From assembly GCA_963711835.1 (NCBI GenBank), contig CAVQFQ010000021.1, positions 1 through 64,000 of the forward strand: a DNA stretch of 64,000 nucleotides. Direction: 5' to 3'. The stretch comes from an uncultured delta proteobacterium (GTDB lineage: Bacteria; Desulfobacterota; RBG-13-43-22). This document shows, in pieces, positions 60,789-64,000 of this stretch (position 1 is the stretch's first letter; each line of letters begins with the position of its first letter). The notes beneath the pieces were generated by a model. It saw only the letters and a list, made by a program, of their open reading frames with translations. It did not search any database and had not been told where the DNA came from. A program made the translations under genes and the position numbers.

Positions 60789-61475
60789 ATGACTTTTACA
60801 GGCTTTGTCGAAGGCCCCCTGGTCTGGATTGCCTTTCTCACCTTTTTTATCGGGAGCGCCCTGCGACTCCTTTTTTTCTTCACCCTCAGTACCAAAAAAG
60901 ATAAGCCCGTCTATCATTATTACAAATCAAAATGGATGTTCCTTTCCATCTTACGCTGGCTTTTCCCGGTTAATCCGGATCTCAAAAAAAATCCCGTCTT
61001 TTCCATCCTCGGTTATATCTTTCATATCTGTCTTTTAGGCGTGCCCATTTTTTACGGAGCCCACATCTATGAATGGGAGCAAAGCCGTTTTGGCTGGAAA
61101 TGGTGGACCATGCCCGACAAATGGGCCGACTGGATGAGTCTTGTCCTCCTGGCCATCGCCATCTTTTTTATCATTCGCCGCATTGTCCTGGCCGAGGTCC
61201 GGATCATTACCCAGGTTTCCGACTATTTACTGATCCTCATCTGCGCCCTGCCCTTCCTGACCGGGTATGTTAATGCCCACCCGGACGGGACCATCTATAA
61301 CTGGCTTACCGCCCTCATACCCATTTACAGCACCTACCCCAGGGAACTCCATATCCTGACCGGTGCCTTGATGATGATCGTGGTGCCCTTTAGCAAGCTT
61401 TCCCACTGGGTCCTGTTTTTTACGTCCCGTATGGTTACCGGGGTCGAATTCGGCCGACGCAACTATACCGTATAA
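60789..61475 (+). CDS. NarI-like membrane cytochrome b (TmcC/HmcE/DsrM family)
   Basis: FVEGPL start, FHICLL..PIF..AH, LPFLTG, LHIL...PFSKLSH heme histidines. Confidence 0.85.
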   Translation: MTFTGFVEGPLVWIAFLTFFIGSALRLLFFFTLSTKKDKPVYHYYKSKWMFLSILRWLFPVNPDLKKNPVFSILGYIFHICLLGVPIFYGAHIYEWEQSRFGWKWWTMPDKWADWMSLVLLAIAIFFIIRRIVLAEVRIITQVSDYLLILICALPFLTGYVNAHPDGTIYNWLTALIPIYSTYPRELHILTGALMMIVVPFSKLSHWVLFFTSRMVTGVEFGRRNYTV

Positions 61476-61508
61476 TTTTTCTCATTCATAAAAGGGAGGA
61501 AAAGAATT

Positions 61509-62855
61509 ATGGCCGAACCGCAAGCCAAACCTCAACGCCCGGAAATTCAAATCAATCCTGAAGCCATAAGACAGGCTGTCGATGCCCGGCTGAATGCCCG
61601 GCTTAAGATGTGGATGCGTATCTGCGCCCATTGCGGGCTTTGTGCCGACACCTGTCATTTTTATACGGCCAAAAACAAAGATCCCCGGATGGTGCCATCC
61701 TTCAAGGCCCAAAAATTGAAAAAACTGGTCAAGAAGAAGGGAAACGTCGATCAGGCCTTTATGGACGAACTTTATGATACCGCCTATGGGGAATGCACCC
61801 TCTGCCGCCGCTGTACCCTCTATTGTCCTTTTGGGATCGATATGGCCATGATGGTGGCCACCCTGAGAGGAATCCTGACCTCCCAGGGAATGACGCCGGA
61901 AGGCTTAAAAGCCGCCATCCAAAATTATCTGGAAACGGGCAACCAGATGGCGGTCAGCGAAGAGGACTGGGTGGAAACCCTGAAGTGGATGGAAGAGGAA
62001 CTGCAGGAAGAACTGCCCGGGGCCACCATCCCGATTGATAAAAAGGGCGCCAAGATCATGTACACCGTCAACGCCCGGGAACCCAAATATTATCCCCAGG
62101 ATATCCAGATGGCGGCCAAGATCTTTCATGTGGTCGGGGAGGACTGGACTTTTCCCAGCAAACCGGGTTGGGATGATACCAACCTGGCCATGTTTGCCGG
62201 GGATATCAAAACGGCCGGGTATATCGTCAGCTTAATTAAAGAACAGGCGGAGGCCCTGCAGGTCAAACGTGTCGTCATAACCGAGTGAGGCCACGCGCTC
62301 AGGGCCGTTCAGTTTGAAGGGCCGATCTGGTTAAAAGGCGATTATAAATTCGAGGTGGTTCACAGTGTAAAACTCTTTGCCGAATATATCCGGGAGGGCC
62401 GGCTGAAGTTTACCCGGAAGATGACCGAGCCGATTACTTATCAGGACCCCTGTAACGTATCGCGCAGCGGGGGACTGGCCGACGAAGCCCGGTTTATCAT
62501 CAGCCACATTGCCGAAGACTTCCGGGAAATGACCCCCCACGGGAATGACAACTACTGCTGTTCCGGCGGCGGCGGAGCCATCCCCATGGGCCCCCCTTTC
62601 AAACGGCGCCGTATGGAAGCCGGAAAGGTTAAGGCCGATCAGATCAAGGTCACCGGAGCCAAGATCGTCATCTGCCCCTGTCACAACTGCTACGACCAGG
62701 TCCGGGACCTGGGCAAGGAATACGATCTGGGGATCAAGGTCATGTCCTTCAAAGAGATCTTCGAAGAGATTATGTACATCCCTGAGGAGCTGAAGGCCAA
62801 GGAGGAAGAGGAAGAAGAAGCCGAGGGAGGAAAAGAAGGGGGCGGGGAAGAATAA
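61509..62855 (+). CDS. HdrD/DsrK-family (TmcB/HmcF-like) Fe-S protein, probable selenoprotein (TGA 62286-62288)
   Basis: CAHCGLCADTC, CTLCRRCTLYCP; ITE-TGA-GH replaces the ECGH motif; frame stays open into QDPCN, CCSGGGG, PCHNC. Confidence 0.88.
62286..62323 (+). promoter_or_regulatory. Putative bacterial SECIS hairpin
   Basis: GGCC-g-TTCA-GTT-TGAA-g-GGCC; G-first loop about 23 nt after the UGA. Confidence 0.6.
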
Positions 62856-62898
62856 AAACAGTTCAAACCTCAAATTTTATAATTCAAATGGCAAAATG

Positions 62899-62939
62899 AA
62901 CAAAAAAGCCGCTTGAATTAGCCAAGCGGCTTTTTTGTT
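62899..62939. terminator. Bidirectional Rho-independent terminator
   Basis: AACAAAAAAGCCGCTTG-aattagc-CAAGCGGCTTTTTTGTT between convergent genes. Confidence 0.9.
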
Positions 62940-62962
62940 TCTTCCAGGGAAAAGCTGATGGC

Positions 62963-63889
62963 TCAGTCCACCTGCGGGCGGGGGAGCAGTCCGGCCATCT
63001 CGGCGATCTCAGGGACCCGTTCTTCCCACTCGATGGCCATAATGTGGACTCCGGCGATGCCCTTCATTTCCTTGAGACGTTGAATGGTCTCAATGCAGAT
63101 GGCGATCCCTTCTTTGGCCTGGCTTTTCTTGTCAACGCCCTGAAGCCGCTTGATGAGCGCATCGGGAACATCCATGCCGGGGACCAGATTCTTCATATAT
63201 TTGGCCATACCGACCGACTTCATGGGAGTGACCCCGCCTAAGATATAGACCTTTTCATCCAGCCCCATATCGCGGGCCTGCTGCATGAATTTCTCAAACC
63301 GGTCCATGTTGTAAATGCACTGGGTCTGGACGAAATCCACACCGGCGGCCACCTTCTTTCCAAGTCGTACGGCCCGGAACTCCGCCGGGTCGGCAAAGGG
63401 GTTAGCAGCGGCTCCGATAAACATCTTGGGCGGATATTCGATCTCTTGATCGTTGATAAACTTGCCTTCGTCCCTCATTTTCTTGACGGTCTGGATGAGT
63501 TGCATGGAATCTAGGTCGAAAACATTCTTGGCCGAGGGGTGATCACCAAACTTCTGGTGGTCGCCGGAGAGACAAAGCATATTCCGGACCCCTAAGGCAT
63601 AGGCCCCCAGAATATCACTTTGTATGGCGATGCGGTTCCGATCCCGGACCACCATCTGCAGATTGGGTTCCAGGCCTTCCTGTATCAACAGCAGACAACC
63701 GGCAAAGCTGGACATGCGAACCACTGCCGTTTGGTTGTCGGTGACATTCACGGAATCCACTACGCCCTTAAGATGGGCGGCTTTTTTCTTAATGACTTCC
63801 GGGTCCGCACTCCGGGGAGGACCGCATTCACCGGTAACGGCGAACTGACCGCTGCTTAATATTTTTTCTAACCTGCTTCCTGATTTCAT
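62963..63889 (-). CDS. metF: Second methylenetetrahydrofolate reductase
   Basis: ECGPPRS, NVTDNQTAVVRMSS, RDRNRIAIQSD, CLSGDH, QTQCIYN, GVHIMAI; ATG at 63889. Confidence 0.92.
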   Translation of the reverse strand: MKSGSRLEKILSSGQFAVTGECGPPRSADPEVIKKKAAHLKGVVDSVNVTDNQTAVVRMSSFAGCLLLIQEGLEPNLQMVVRDRNRIAIQSDILGAYALGVRNMLCLSGDHQKFGDHPSAKNVFDLDSMQLIQTVKKMRDEGKFINDQEIEYPPKMFIGAAANPFADPAEFRAVRLGKKVAAGVDFVQTQCIYNMDRFEKFMQQARDMGLDEKVYILGGVTPMKSVGMAKYMKNLVPGMDVPDALIKRLQGVDKKSQAKEGIAICIETIQRLKEMKGIAGVHIMAIEWEERVPEIAEMAGLLPRPQVD

Positions 63890-64000
63890 AGCCTCAGATC
63901 CTCCCTGATCATTTTTCTGGGTCCGCCGTCGCGGCTGGTAGTCCAATCCTTACAAGGGATGACCCGGTTCAGCTTGTCTAATTGGCCCAGCCCCTGGAGC
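63886..64000 (-). CDS. metV: 3' end of a second MetV-like gene
   Basis: Reads LQGLGQLDKLNRVIPCKDWTTSRDGGPRKMIREDLRL*; the stop overlaps the metF start (ATGA). Confidence 0.7.
   Translation of the reverse strand, partial: LQGLGQLDKLNRVIPCKDWTTSRDGGPRKMIREDLRL

Overview
A 64-kb bacterial chromosomal window, most likely from an anaerobic Desulfobacterota organism (inferred from the acpS-nnr-CBS-tsaE-lysC-cimA-comEA-tsaD-rsmA order and the Hdr/Mvh/MetVF/Tmc-like redox genes). It carries many single-base indels, including in tsaD, so most frameshifts are probably assembly errors. Left to right: a GltD-like oxidoreductase-metV-metF-receiver operon; pckA; tRNA-Thr(CGT) followed by a ~13-kb accessory region (AAA/DUF4143 ATPase, ORF6N protein, RelE/XRE toxin-antitoxin between 51-bp direct repeats, a ~1500-aa SF1 helicase-nuclease, an XRE plus ImmA/IrrE pair, an IS21 element, a decayed attC-like site); acyl-CoA and TRAP genes; a housekeeping block; a TetR-led operon joining an old-yellow-enzyme (aryl/dienoyl-CoA reductase-like) gene to two ferredoxins, HdrA, HdrA-MvhD and an HdrC-GltD fusion; a minor-pilin operon with an FG-GAP protein; a TmcC/TmcB-like pair whose Fe-S subunit has an in-frame UGA plus SECIS-like hairpin; and a second metVF pair. 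The most unusual signals are (1) two copies of an unannotated non-coding element with a block-conserved ~165-175-nt core inside long inverted arms that differ between copies, (2) the OYE-Hdr operon, (3) the probable selenoprotein, and (4) gene-less short-period inverted-repeat elements at most junctions of that operon. All calls come from reading motifs by eye; no database searches were run.
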